Part shown: positions 51,101 through 63,347 of the stretch, in pieces
Position numbering within the stretch: position 1 is the stretch's first letter
Layout of the letters: each line of letters opens with the position of its first letter
Program-made: the position numbers and the translations under genes
DNA from: Phoronis australis
Lineage: Eukaryota > Animalia > Phoronida
Direction: 5' to 3'
Assembly: GCA_002633005.1 (NCBI GenBank)
Contig: NMRA01000059.1
Location: forward strand, 225,662-289,661
Length of the DNA: 64,000 nt
The notes under the pieces: generated by a model
Told to the model about the DNA's origin: nothing
The model's input: only the letters and a program-made list of their open reading frames with translations
Database searches by the model: none

Positions 51101-54100
51101 TAATGTTCATCTATTTAGTATACTAATATATTCAAATAATGTTTATCTATTTAGTATACTAATATATTCAAATAATGTTCATCTATTTAGTATACTAATA
51201 TATTCAAATAATGTTCATCTATTTAGTAAACTAATATATTCAAATAATGTTCATCTATTTAGTATACTAATATATTCAAATAATGTTTATCTATTTAGTA
51301 TACTAATATATTCAAATAATGTTCATCTATTTAGTATACTAATCTGATGGTAAGTCATTTGATGAATCTGTACAACATCCAGATACGGATAATGTTCACC
51401 ATTGATAGAGGCTGGTGAAGACGAAGCCTTGGTATCAGGTGATAAATGTTTGTTGATAAGATACATTTAAGATTTTAGAGTGGCCCTTTAGATATGATGG
51501 TCGTTGAGCACAGGTAGTGTTATCTGGGGGATTGCATAGTTGGAATAGTTAGTCCACGCGTATTGACACAGTTTGTGTTGTCATGACAACCAGTACTCTA
51601 GTCTTGTTTTTTTAACCTGCAAGTAACAGCTGTGATGACCCAGTCATCAACATGACAAATTATTAAATACATTAATTTTAAGAAACCTGAAAAGCTAGTT
51701 GAAGAGAATTCTGAGGTTGATTTGAAGACTTTTTTAGAGCGTTGAAAATATTTTTATTGATGTGGGATGTGCAATTGTAAGGAAATATCTTGTGTTGTTT
51801 ATGTTCAAAAAAATACATCTAGTGATGTGAAATAGCCTGACCTTAAATAGAGAATATCTTGGTCTTGTGTCGCAGATGTATGATAGCTATGCGTAGTCAC
51901 ATTCTATCATGTCTTGGTCTTCTTTATATAAAAACACAGAGTCTTGGGTCAGCAAATATTTAGTTATGTTAAATTGGATGACAACCTCTAGTTTTTTAAC
52001 ACTGGTTTGATATGACTAATACTGTTTGTGTGCATGTTAATTTATTGACTTTCCATAGAAGAGGTACTGGATTTAGACACCGGGTGTTGACACTGGAGTG
52101 GCCATCACCATCACTTGGTTGTTTGATTCTTAGATTTTTTCTCGATTTACTTTTTAAATAAGCCAGTACCGAAAGTTTTAGTGGGTGTGGTAGTTTTCAA
52201 AAATGACGAAGATGGAATTATGGGGGATAATTCTTTGTGAACTGCCAACCAAAATACTGTAGTAATTTAAATCTTTTTCCACAAGCCTCAGATCCACGGT
52301 GCATTGTTTTTACATTGAATACCAGTCATCCTAGGACTACTGTATGTAAGGATACAAGAAAGTGGTTACATGTCAGATTGTTTCACTTTTAATATTCAAA
52401 AGCAGTTTAAAGAATATATAAGGATGCACCACTGTGGTCACACAGCAGTGTCTAGTTTAATGGGGTACCTCCACTAATATACACTGGCGGATTTAGAGTT
52501 GTCGGGGGCCCTCTACGGTCTTGACCTTAAAAACAAAAAACAAAAAGAGAAGAACAAAATGGTGCCGATATCCCATGTGAAGGTTTCCACAGGCACCTCC
52601 GACATCCTAGGTTAACCAGTGACTTATTTCCAAGAATTTTTTGTCCCAGCAATTTATGGAAAGTTGATTTTGCATTTTTTCTGTGCTTGACCAACTCTCA
52701 GTTATGTGCATTTTGTCCAACAGTTGAATAACTAGTGTTTGTGTATATACAGGTCCATGACTAAACAATTGTCCTTCTTTACTCTTAAATTAGTGGGTCT
52801 AATGGAGATAAGCCACACTATGAGTACCATTGTTGCTTGTTATGTACCAGTGTGGTCACACACTGCTATGTATGCAATAACATATATGTACATGGGTGCA
52901 TATTGCCGTCATCTCTGCCTAGGTGTACGATGCCTGTGGCTGTTTTTCTAAAACACTTTGAAGGATCATGTGACAGTTGGCAGACGTGTATTGGTGGAGA
53001 TGATGATGACTGTCACATAGATCCATTCCAACTATTGCTGTGCCCCCTAGTGGCAATTTTAGTATTTTATGTTTAGAATTTTGCAATAGGTTTCTCTCAA
53101 TGAGGCAACAACGTCTTCCCATTTTTGGACAGATTTAACGTATTCTGAGCCACCTAGTGGCCTTTTTTATTTTACAAATCTGTTGCGGGATCTGCTTTTT
53201 TATCTACTAAATTGGATAATTAATCGCTTGATGGATCATTATAAAATTGATGTATGTGTTCTGGCTGTGAAAGGCACAGCTGAAATTGATTTGTAAACGG
53301 GTCATATTAGCATGGCATCATCTAGAGGTAATTTATATGTTTTCAAGGTGTTGTAATGCTCCTGTTATGTCTTTGACTACTGCACTGCAGCTATTGTCGA
53401 AATATGTTAACAATAAAAGCTTAACTTTGCTTGTTCTCACACTAGTCTCTTCAACATGCTAGCGTGTACTGTATCATATTGGTGCAATTTTACTGTATAT
53501 TTTCATGGGTATTGTAGTTCTCAAAACATTATGGATATTGGTAAATCGGTGATATTGGATAAATTTTTTTGACCAGTTGTTTAATGATTCCGTTCTCTTC
53601 ACATTTTTTTCCCAGTTTTGTCAGAACATGCTACTGTATTAAACTTCAACGAGAATTTATTTATTATTTTAGAAGTATCACATACAACTAACTCAAATTG
53701 CCAATTCTTACTGTTTCTATTCCAGAAATTGTAGATGGAAATCTGAAGGCCATTATGCGTCTCATCCTGGCACTTGCTGCTCACTACAAGCCGGGAAGTG
53801 TCAAACAATCTGCACACCAACAGTTCCGGTCCCCGCGGGCGAGTCCTATGGCCAGCATGGCCCAGGGGGCAGCAGCAGCTCTGGCTGAGATAAGACGGGA
53901 TGCAGCCAGTGTTGGACAGAAGATTCGCCGACCGAAACAGTTCCCCGGTGACAATGTGCCCAGGTAGTAAAGACTTTTGCAGTTATGTTCTGCTTTGTTT
54001 GTTTTGAATTAAGATACTTACTCTGAGTCGTATGTTTCTTGATGTTTTGAATCCTTATGTGGTTCTTTTCAGTCAAAGGATCCATGATAGTGACATATGG

Positions 54101-57100
54101 AAGGTCTTGTTAAGTTTTCAAATGTTCATTTCCATCAAGAAACACTTTGATGGTTTAAAAATTTCTGAGCCATCATCTCTTGCAGGTACTATGGTAGTAG
54201 CTCAGAGCAGTTGAGTGACTCTGACCAGAGTTCAGTGTCACGAGGCCGTGCTATGCCCCGTCTTCGTGATCAGGATAGTATAGATGGCGCTAGTGCTAAC
54301 AGTAGTCCATCAAACAGTGCTCAGCACTCACCGCGGGGCAGCATCAGTCTGTCCATGGTCAGAAGCAGATCAGACTTCAATGTGCATCAAGGTGACTATG
54401 GTAATTATGGTATACACTGGGTAAAATGACTAAAGGTTTTCTGTGTTGTAACACATACTAATACTTAAGACTTTTACCAAATGTTATGATCTTTAATGAC
54501 GTCATTACTTTGCCAACTAATGTGTCTGAAAAATGTAACTAGATCATGGCTCATACAATCCTGAGAAGCCCTTAAATTTACAGTCTTGACCCTGAAATGT
54601 CTTTGAATTTCGAATCTTTGTCTTGGAATTTTAGCTTTTTATCTAGAAGATATTTGAAAGACCTTAATCATAAGTAGGTGTCTATGATTTTAGTTTTTGG
54701 TTGCTTCAAAAAGTTGTTGTAGAAGTCATGAACAGGAGCCATTTTTCTTGATGTGCCATTACATTTTATGCATGAGAGTAATTAAAAATGCATGACGCCA
54801 AGTTTGCCTTTTTGAGTCCCTGGTTTTAAAGATTTTCACAGTTGTGATTGGAGGATTGGGATTAATGCACTCAAAGTTGTAATATAACGACCTTAAATTT
54901 GTTTTGAGTACACTTTGAATTGCCCCCAAAAGTCTCTGAATTTCTTTGTCAGAGTTTTGTATCAAACATACAAATCAAATTCTTAATTTGTGGTATATAG
55001 CAAATCTAGAATTCAAACTGTCCTACTCAGATGCCCTGGTGTTACTTACAGAGGACTTGGCACATCAAGCAATGGAAAATGAAGCTGAGAGAAAAAAGAA
55101 AGAAAGTCTATTGCAGGAGTTGATGGACAGCCATATAGACTTGGATGAAGAGATAGCAGCCACTAAGAAGACAGTGATGCTGCTTCAGGAGCTGGTGGGT
55201 GGAGCTATCCTGTAGGGATGTAGTGGGCGGGGTTTAAGAGGTGGAGACTTGCATAAGGAGATAGCAGTTGTCAAAAATGCAGCGATGCTGTTTAGGTATT
55301 GGTAGGTGGAGCAAGCACTTATGAGAATGTTGTGGGCAGGGCTTCAGGAATGGGTGGGGGAGCTTGCATGTGGATTATGGGGATATAGTGGGCGAGGCTT
55401 AGGATTGATGAGTGCAGTAGACTACTATACTGAGTTAGAAGAGCAGATTATGGATATCTATTCTGCATTCAAGTTTTGTTTGCTAAGTAAAAATTTCTTT
55501 TGACTCATTCTGCTTCCTGTCATTTTTGATTGGACTTGTATTCTCCTTTTGATATCTGATAGTTATCACTGTACATATCTGAGAGTTAGCACTGTATATA
55601 TGTGAGAGTTAGCACTGTTTCAATCTGATGTTTAATTGTCACAATTTATTTGCAGTTGTTGTCTGGCCGAAGTCATGATGGTGCAGATGAAGAGGAAGGA
55701 GATGTTCCATTTGAAGGATCCACTCCCTCTGAACAACTGGTGAGTAGAAACAGCTGGTCATAGTGATGGTCACAAAACCGACATGGCTATTTTGTTTAGC
55801 GAGACAACTAATGCATACAACTCGTGTGCCTTTTATTAAGCGAAGCCATCTGTGAATTGCAACTGTGAGATAATGGATCTGACAGTGCTGGTTTTTTGTT
55901 GTTCATCTTGTGGTAATCTACACGTGGTTCTTCTACACTTTTCAACATGGTTCAGCAAAAATACAGTCTACACTTATTATCTGGCAGTTTTATGTGTCCG
56001 TGTATATGTATGTTATATTTGACTATGTGTATGTATATCTGTGGGAGTGTGTGCGTTCTGTCATCAACTCTGTCTGGTCATCCAGCATCTACTGCTGTAT
56101 CTCCTAAGCCCCTGGCAGGATCTTCATGGAATTTGGCATATGTGTCCCTATGAAGCTGAGAGATGGCAACTTCCACTTTGCTCCTTAGTGGCAATTTTAT
56201 TTTTTTGCTGGCATCTTCGGAGTTTCTTGACGGATTTTCCTGAAATTTGGTAAATAGGTTTCTAAGGAGACAACAACGTCATCGGACATTTTTGACCTAT
56301 TCTGCGCCACATAGTGGCCATTTTTCTTATTTTCAATTCCATTTTTTACTTGTGCCTCTCTTTACACCAAATTGTTTGAAGGTTTATTATCAAAATTGGC
56401 AGATGTGTTCCTGTTAGCATTGATTTTAGATCTCATCTGGCTACTGTGCTGCCTCTAGTGGCCATTTTTTTTCTTAACATATGACACTGCCTTTGGAACT
56501 GACTACTACTGACTTATAAACACCCCTAGAAGTGTAGTTTTTGTGGTTCAGTTGTGGGGCATTTCAACGCATTGCATAACTCCCGTTTTAAACACAAGAG
56601 AACTCTGAACATGATATGTGTACACATTACTTAAGTGGAGTCGAGAAGCTGAAGATGAAACTTAAGTAATGTTGTTTTATAGAATTTCAATCCAGCAACT
56701 TATAAGAGTGGACCACGAATACCATGCCACTGGGCCACATTGGCTCCTATATGAATGCCATGCCACTGGGCCACACTGGCTCCTATATGAATACCATGTC
56801 ATTGGGCCACACTGGCTACTATGTGAATGTCATGCTACTGGACCACACTGGCTCCTACATGAATGCCATGCCACTGGACCACACTGGCTCCTATATGAAT
56901 GCCATGCACCTGGGCGGCCACACTGGCTCCTATTAATCCATTACTTGTCTTCACACATTTGTTGTGTGCAGCCTTCAGTCTCCCCGCTTGTCTCTACAAT
57001 GGCCCGTTGTCTACTTTGTACATTCACAGATTGTGTTACGCAGTCGTCTTCAACAAACTACTGAACTATGTAATGATCTCCGTGATGAACTGAACAAGTC

Positions 57101-60100
57101 AAAGAAGGAAGTAATGCAGTTACAAGGAACCAAGGTATGTGATGACGGTCGGTGAAGGTAATGGTGGTTGTGTGGAATGAAACGTCTTAATACTCTCAGA
57201 TGGTTCAAGTTTTAAATGACCATTTTGTAGTTGTTTTGAATTGTGGTTAATGTGTAATGCAGAATGCCCACTCCACTACAAACAGTGCTTTTTACTGGAT
57301 ACTATCAACTTGGTTGTGATGTTTTGATCAGTTTCACGTAACACTTGGCAACTTTCGTCAACCTAGACAATTTTTGAGCATTTTTACAAAGGATACTTAT
57401 TCTGCCATAGAACAGATTCTGTCTCAACATAGAAACAGTCTGTTGTAGAATATATATACCTCTTCACATGTATTAGTTCTTGATTGTCCGACTATTGTTC
57501 TGCCACAGCTTCTTGTTATTTTCATCCATTACCTTTAGTGCCATATTATTTCTATCATTAATATGTTTTTCACTACCTCTAGGCTGGACTGCAGCAAAGG
57601 TTGACAGAGCAAGAGAACTCCTTGTTGCAGATGAAGGCGGAGCTACTGAGGATAGGCTTCTCTCAGGAGAGTCTGGAGGCGGAGAGGGTAAGTGTCACTC
57701 AGGTCAAAGTGGAGAGTCTGAGAATAGACTTCTCTCAAGGGAGCCTGGAGGCGGAGAGAGTAAATGTCATTCTCTGGTCAAGGCGGAGCCTCTCAGGTTA
57801 GGCTTCTCTTTGGACAGTCTGGAGGCGGAAAGGGTAAGTCACTCACAGGTCAAGACAGAGCTTCTGAGGATTGGCTTCTCTCAGCAGAATCTGGAATATT
57901 CAGTGGTCACTTACACTTATTCCCTTTCTCAGTGCTACAAGTGGTAGCACTGTGAATTGATCCATTACATGGCTTCTCATTGGTTAACAGCATGAGGGAA
58001 GATTCAAACTGATTGGTTGAAAAATTGCATTTTAACTTTCCGATTGGTTGATGTCGAGAAATGGATCTGTACGCTGCTCCATCTATTGAAAAATGTTCAT
58101 GTGGCTTGTGTTGGTGCAACCACAAGAATAGACTATATCGATCCATTCAACACAATTTTGTTGTTTTTTACACTCCCAGGATTTTAAAACATCAAAACGA
58201 TTCACCATACTTTTCCTTCTCATTCCTGTGTCATGTGTAAAATCCAAACCAAGACATGCACACTGATACACACACGCACACTTCTATGTGTTGTTCATCA
58301 CCATTTCACTTGGTCACATTTCCAAATAGTTTGGACACATCGTTGTCAGCTTCTTGACATGGGATCTTTTGTAGTTTTTGTAAATCACAAATTTAGTATT
58401 AACTCGTGGTACATTTGTCTTGTAATGAGTACTTTATCATCTTCTGATGTTTATGGATCAGAGTCATCTGTTGGTGTTTATGGATCAGAGTCGTCTGTTG
58501 ATGTTTATGGATCAGTCGTCTGTTGGTATTTATGGATCAGAGTCCTCTGTTGATGTTTATGGATCAGTCGTCTGTTGGTATTTATGGATAAGAGTCGTCT
58601 GTTGATGTTTATGGGTCTGAGTTATCTTTTGGTGTTTATGGATCAGAGTCATCTGTTGATGTTTATGGATCAGATAACTCTCAATGGTTGCCTTGTATGT
58701 TGTGTCAAGTTGAATGTTTGTATGGCTCTTCTTTCTTAACAGAATGATCTTCAGAAAAAAATACATGAAAAAGACAAAATAGCGTTGGAGCAAAGGAAAG
58801 AATTGACTCAGAAGGACCGCATTATTGAGGAGCTCAAGGTGAGTGTCTTGATGTGTGGTTATCAGTTCTGCGAAGACCATCTCATTAGAAAACTTAGTCT
58901 CAATATTTGGATATTTGAGTCATCTGGACTGTTATTGAGGGACTCAAGTTGAGTCTCAAAATATGACTATCAGTGGATTACCTCTTGCACACCAGTCAGT
59001 GCTGCCATCTTGCTGCAGAAGTTGTAACTGGTTCTATCCCTTCTTAAATTCATCAACACACTGAATACAGAGTCAAGTACACATTCTCAGNCAACCACAA
59101 GAATAGACTATATCGATCCATTCAACACAATTTTGTTGTTTTTTACACTCCCAGGATTTTAAAGCATCGAACAAAACATCAAAACGATTCACCATACTTT
59201 TCCTTCTCATTCCTGTGTCATGTGTAAAATCCAAACCAAGACATGCACACTGATACCCACACACACACTTCTATGTGTTGTTCATCACCATTTCACTTGG
59301 TCACATTTCCAAATAGTTTGGACACATCGTTGTCAGCTTCTTGACATGGGATCTTTTGTAGTTTTTGTAAATCACAAATTTAGTATTAACTCGTGGTACA
59401 TTTGTTTTGTAATGAGTACTTTGTCATCTTCTGATGTTTATGGATCAGTCGTGTGTTGGTATTTATGGATCAGAGTCCTCTGTTGATGTTTATGGATCAG
59501 TCCTCTGTTGGTATTTATGGATAAGAGTCGTCTGTTGATGTTTATGGGTCTGAGTTATCTTTTGGTGTTTATGGATCAGAGTCATCTGTTGATGTTTATG
59601 GATCAGATAACTCTCAATGGTTGCCTTGTATGTTGTGTCAAGTTGAATGTTTGTATGGCTCTTCTTTCTTAACAGAATGATCTTCAGAAAAAAATACATG
59701 AAAAAGACAAAATAGCGTTGGAGCAAAGGAAAGAATTGACTCAGAAGGACCGCATTATTGAGGAGCTCAAGGTGAGTGTCTTGATGTGTGGTTATCAGTT
59801 CTGCGAAGACCATCTCATTAGAAAACTTAGTCTCAATATTTGGATATTTGAGTCATCGGGACTGTTATTGAGGGACTCAAGTTGAGTCTCAAAATATGAC
59901 TATCAGTGGATTACCTCTTGCACACCAGTCAGTGCTGCCATCTTGCTGCAGAAGTTGTAACTGGTTCTATCCCTTCTTAAATTCATCAACACACTGAATA
60001 CAGAGTCAAGTACACATTCTCAGCATTTCTGTTCAAAAACAGGGGAAACTTTCATTGTCAAGAAAGTTGTGTCATCTGCTATTTTGTTTTGTTGTTGATT

Positions 60101-63100
60101 TGACATTCAGACTTATACCATACAGTAGAAATGCTGTGGAATTCAAGCTTTGAAATTTTCACTGATGTAACCAGCACAGCAATCCATCTTTTTCTGTAAA
60201 AATTGAAACTATGCTCGTATATTTTTGTTATTTACTCTTTGGATCCACCACCGTCAGCCAAACCACCTGCCACCACTGCTTGAAAGATTGATATCAAGGT
60301 TTTTTACTTTTGCTTTTGGCACTATGCTTGAAGTCCTTTGAAGTACATTCTTCGTTTAAGCACTGTCCTTTAATTTGCCTGGCTTTGTAAAACTCAGTAA
60401 CAGAAGGTGAATGATTTTTTAATTTGATGCTGCTATATTATTCGCCATTCAAAATGCAACATCAAATGTTATCACCTCCATTTGCCTGTCACCCTGTTGG
60501 CTGACCTCTGTTTGCATATCACCCTGTCTAGGCTGACCTCCATTTGCATGTCACCCTGTTGGCTGACCTCTATTTACATGTCACCCTGTATTCTGACCTC
60601 TATTTACATGGCACCCTGTAGGCTGACCTCTATTTACATATCACCCTGTTTGCTGTCCTCAATTTGCATATCACTCTGTTGCCTGATTTTACATGTCACC
60701 CTGTAGGCTTACCTCTATTTACATGTCACCCTGTTGGCTGACCTCTATTTACGTGTCACCCTGTTGGCTGACCTCTATTTACATGTCACCCAGTAGGCTG
60801 ACCTCTATTTACATGTCACCCTGTAGGCTGACCTCTATTTACATGTCACCCTGTAGGCTGACCTCCATTTACAAATGCAAGAGAAGGATGCCGCTACTCG
60901 TACACTCAGGACACAACTGCATGATCTTCATGACAGCTTACAAAGGGTGGGACAAAATGAGGTATGTACACTGTAGTAGTACATCTTGACTCCTTCACTT
61001 AAAGTACTGTCCCATATTTGTGCATGTTTTATCAAGGTATATTAAGTTCATAAAACTTGTCAGCTCAGTAGGCTAATAGTGGACAAGCTGATGAGGTCAA
61101 ACACGTTAATAGCATAGTGTGATGGTTTTTGTTTCTTTCTTGTAACTGAATTAAAGTATAAAAAGTTGTGTTTTCTTCATTGTTCGTAAGGTTCATATGG
61201 TTTGTCACCAAATCAAGTTTCATAAACTTAAGAGTATTTACAAAATAGAAGAAAGACGATATTAGAGAATATTTTTTCCAAAATTGAAGAATTTGTCATT
61301 CTGTATACCACTGTTTGATTTACAAATGATGGAAAACTACAACTTAGGATAATGAATGCTAACCAGCGGTGCCATAGTTCAACTTGACCTTAACCTTGTT
61401 CTGTCATGTTCAGTCTGCTCTGTCATCACGGATCTCGTCTCATGACAAGAAAATGAGCCAATTGGAAGACAGGTTATCACTGGCCCTGCCTACTGAGCCA
61501 CGCCCTCCTGCCACTGGGGCACAGGTGAGTAATCAGGGCTGTCACATCCGATGGGCGATGTTATGTTATGTTGTATCCACAACTACCTAATACAATTTGT
61601 ATGTAAAGTGGCTCAAACTGAGCATATTCATCAACATCCCTAGTAATGCAGAGAAATTTTAATAAACGCTTCTAAACTGGGCACAAATACTGGCCTATGT
61701 CTTGCTGTTATGCCAGTTATTAAAAGTTTTCCTCTGTATTCAGTTTTAAATACTTTCCTTGCGTTCAATATGCAATGACATCGTCAACCAATTGACTGCC
61801 TTTGGGTGTGTTATGTTTGGTTAATATTTAATAATTTATTATTAAATTAATAATTTACAATTATTATTAGTGTTGTTTTATTATTATTATTATTATTGTT
61901 ATTATTAATATCATTCTTATTCTTCTTATTATTATCATCATTCTGTCCTTCAGAATGGTGCAGAGGAAGAGTTAAATCATGTTCGAGACTCACTGAGAAC
62001 CATTCGAGGTGGTTACCATGGCAGCCACCCCCAACAGAAGGCCATAGACACGCTTGAGCGCAATATTTCCTCCCTTTTGGACCGTCTCCAGTTGAATGAG
62101 GGGTCACGACCTCATGGCGACACAGGAAGACTTAGTGTGGACCGAAACCACCGAGTTCCAGGTTAGTCCTTGTTATTGGCAGCTATCTATAGCAGTCGCT
62201 GTCTATAGCAGTCACTGTGAATTGTAAATCTTTCAAACTGTTTCATAAATAGGAGAAAACATTATAAGTTACTTGGTACAGCACTGTTGAATGTGTTTCA
62301 TAAAAGACTTGATGTTCCATTATCAGCAAATTGTTAGCAAGCACTGTAAGATGAAAGTTTCTAATCAGAATGCAGCAACAGAGATATAGGTCATGATCCG
62401 TTATGTTCTTGATTTTTGTCAACTTTGTAACAGCAATTTACTGCTCTTGATTCTGTATAAATTTGTTGTGATTGGCTAGATGATTGATTGATTTATTGAT
62501 CGACAGCATGACATTGAATTACAGGTCATCAGTCTGTCCACAGTGATGGTGACTCATCTACTGTGTACAAACCTTGCACCAAGGTGTTGTATTTCACAGA
62601 TCAAAGTGACACGCCCTTCATGAGGTCAATACACAAAAGGTAGGGCTGCTGCCCCCTATTGTCTGATCAGTGTATTGCTTCATAGACCTGAACCTCTCAA
62701 TTCAATTATTGAATGACTTCTGATACTTGTGTCCTCTAAATGAATCCCAGTCTGACAACTTGCACTATAGCACTGTAATGACCAACTTGCACTATAGCAC
62801 TATCTAAATGACCAACTTGGTGTGGAACATCACGTTACATTCATGTCGTCTGGATGGCACATGTTGCTATTCGCCATCTGACCAATGGGACACTGTAGAA
62901 ACCATTACTACCAAACAAGCAGACAATGTCAGTGCATCAAAGCAGGCTAACCAATAAGAGAGGGAAACAATTGTGAAAGAAACCTCAGTGGTCCTGTAAT
63001 AAAACAGTTTATATCCCTTATGTGTATCTGGTCATGTGGACCTCAGTAGAGCAATGTTGCAACGTCACTCTCTCTCTAACTCTATGACCTAACATCACCT

Positions 63101-63347
63101 TCAGAATTGGCCAGTATTTATAATTAAATCATTTCCAACATTTCTTGACCCATTATATATGATTTTTGCACTGCACTGTTATTACATAATTGTTCTTATG
63201 CTGTCAAAGTAGTTTGTATACGTTTGATCTGTTTTCAGATTAGGCGAGATCACTCTGGCAGATTTTAAGAATTTGTTTGACAAGCCAGGACGATACAGGT
63301 ACCACTTCAAGGCCCTTGATCCTGAATTTGGAACAGTTAAAGAGGAG
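38815..63347 (+). CDS. DIXDC1: Dixin / Ccd1 (DIX domain-containing protein 1), multi-exon, last coding exon beyond window
   Basis: CH domain ([13 protein letters not shown]...[22 protein letters not shown]), coiled-coil exons, DIX domain (CTKVLYFTD...[17 protein letters not shown]); exon phases continuous. Confidence 0.95.
41065..41172. repeat. 10-11-bp minisatellite
   Basis: Unit CACCTCAATAT. Confidence 0.9.
41328..41484. mobile_element. MITE with CAG(T/G)GGCGGAT TIRs and 5-bp TSD TATCT
   Basis: Left end cagtggcggatt, right end gatccgcccctg; TATCT on both flanks. Confidence 0.75.
47604..47613 (+). promoter_or_regulatory. TATA box of putative proximal DIXDC1 promoter
   Basis: TATATATAAG about 205 bp upstream of the exon 1b ATG, in CpG-retaining sequence. 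Confidence 0.45.
47819..47893 (+). CDS. DIXDC1: DIXDC1 putative proximal alternative first coding exon (1b) MTSKF...SWNEWT
   Basis: ACAATG start, ACG|gtgcgt donor in phase 0, TATA box at 47604. Confidence 0.55.
49695..49824 (+). CDS. DIXDC1: DIXDC1 exon 2: CH domain start
   Basis: ttccag|TCT and G|gtcagt; [18 protein letters not shown]. Confidence 0.95.
50565..50690 (+). CDS. DIXDC1: DIXDC1 exon 3: CH domain ([13 protein letters not shown]...IRMHQINAK)
   Basis: ttccag|CC and G|gtatac. Confidence 0.94.
50662..50826. repeat. 41-bp tandem repeat containing the DIXDC1 exon 3 end and donor, 4 copies
   Basis: Unit CATACGCATGCATCAGATCAATGCTAAAG|GTATACTCAAAT. Confidence 0.95.
51016..51343. repeat. 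36-bp AT-rich tandem repeat, about 9 copies
   Basis: Unit TATTCAAATAATGTT(C/T)ATCTATTTAGTATACTAATA. Confidence 0.95.
53726..53963 (+). CDS. DIXDC1: DIXDC1 exon 4: CH domain end
   Basis: ttccag|AA and AG|gtagta; [24 protein letters not shown]. Confidence 0.95.
54186..54400 (+). CDS. DIXDC1: DIXDC1 exon 5, Ser-rich (alternative in-phase donor at 54391)
   Basis: ttgcag|G acceptor; G|gtaatt or G|gtgact donor, both phase 1. Confidence 0.8.
55052..55194 (+). CDS. DIXDC1: DIXDC1 exon 6: coiled coil
   Basis: ttacag|AG (in-frame alternative acceptor giving a start at 55031) and CTG|gtgggt. Confidence 0.82.
55656..55739 (+). CDS. DIXDC1: DIXDC1 exon 7 (LLSG...EQL)
   Basis: ttgcag|TTG and CTG|gtgagt, 84 nt. 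Confidence 0.88.
56110..56470. mobile_element. Reverse-orientation fragments of the HINE-like family (also 53040-53260)
   Basis: Repeated (C/A)TAGTGGCCATTTT and GATTTTCCTGAAATTTGG modules. Confidence 0.4.
56717..56932. repeat. 36-bp tandem repeat, about 6 copies
   Basis: Unit GAATGCCATGCCACTGGGCCACACTGGCTCCTATAT. Confidence 0.92.
57030..57134 (+). CDS. DIXDC1: DIXDC1 exon 8: coiled coil (IVLRSRLQQ...LQGTK)
   Basis: tcacag|ATT and AAG|gtatgt, 105 nt. Confidence 0.92.
57583..57687 (+). CDS. DIXDC1: DIXDC1 exon 9: coiled coil (AGLQQRL...LQMKAELLR)
   Basis: ctctag|GCT and AGG|gtaagt, 105 nt. Confidence 0.9.
57630..57895. repeat. About 72-bp degenerate tandem copies of the DIXDC1 exon 9 3' half and donor
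   Basis: [18 protein letters not shown]-like units repeated 3 times after the exon. Confidence 0.88.
58443..58673. repeat. About 22-27-bp tandem repeat (second copy 59431-59606)
   Basis: Unit TGTTGATGTTTATGGATCAGAGTCGTC. Confidence 0.9.
58743..58838 (+). CDS. DIXDC1: DIXDC1 exon 10 (first of two identical copies)
   Basis: taacag|AAT and AAG|gtgagt, 96 nt. Confidence 0.8.
59676..59771 (+). CDS. DIXDC1: DIXDC1 exon 10 duplicate copy (likely assembly duplication)
   Basis: Same sequence as 58743-58838, inside a ~0.95-kb direct duplication joined at N 59091. Confidence 0.5.
60475..60873. repeat. 30-bp tandem repeat containing the DIXDC1 exon 11 acceptor, about 13 copies
   Basis: Unit ATTTACATGTCACCCTGT(A/T)G|GCTGACCTCT. 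Confidence 0.93.
60857..60961 (+). CDS. DIXDC1: DIXDC1 exon 11 ([11 protein letters not shown]...GQNE)
   Basis: ctgtag|GCT and GAG|gtatgt, 105 nt. Confidence 0.85.
61414..61524 (+). CDS. DIXDC1: DIXDC1 exon 12
   Basis: gttcag|TCT and CAG|gtgagt, 111 nt. Confidence 0.85.
61954..62161 (+). CDS. DIXDC1: DIXDC1 exon 13 (LNHVRDSLR...[15 protein letters not shown])
   Basis: cttcag|AAT and G|gttagt; conserved DIXDC1 helix. Confidence 0.92.
62525..62639 (+). CDS. DIXDC1: DIXDC1 exon 14: DIX domain start ([16 protein letters not shown])
   Basis: ttacag|GT and AG|gtaggg. Confidence 0.94.
63239..63347 (+). CDS. DIXDC1: DIXDC1 exon 15: DIX domain ([10 protein letters not shown]...[17 protein letters not shown])
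   Basis: tttcag|A and GAG|gtgaga. Confidence 0.96.

Noticed and set aside
50931-51347. 138-aa repetitive ORF (and similar ORFs at 15083-15438, 56669-57064, 60482-60989)
   Set aside because: Translations of intronic tandem repeats.
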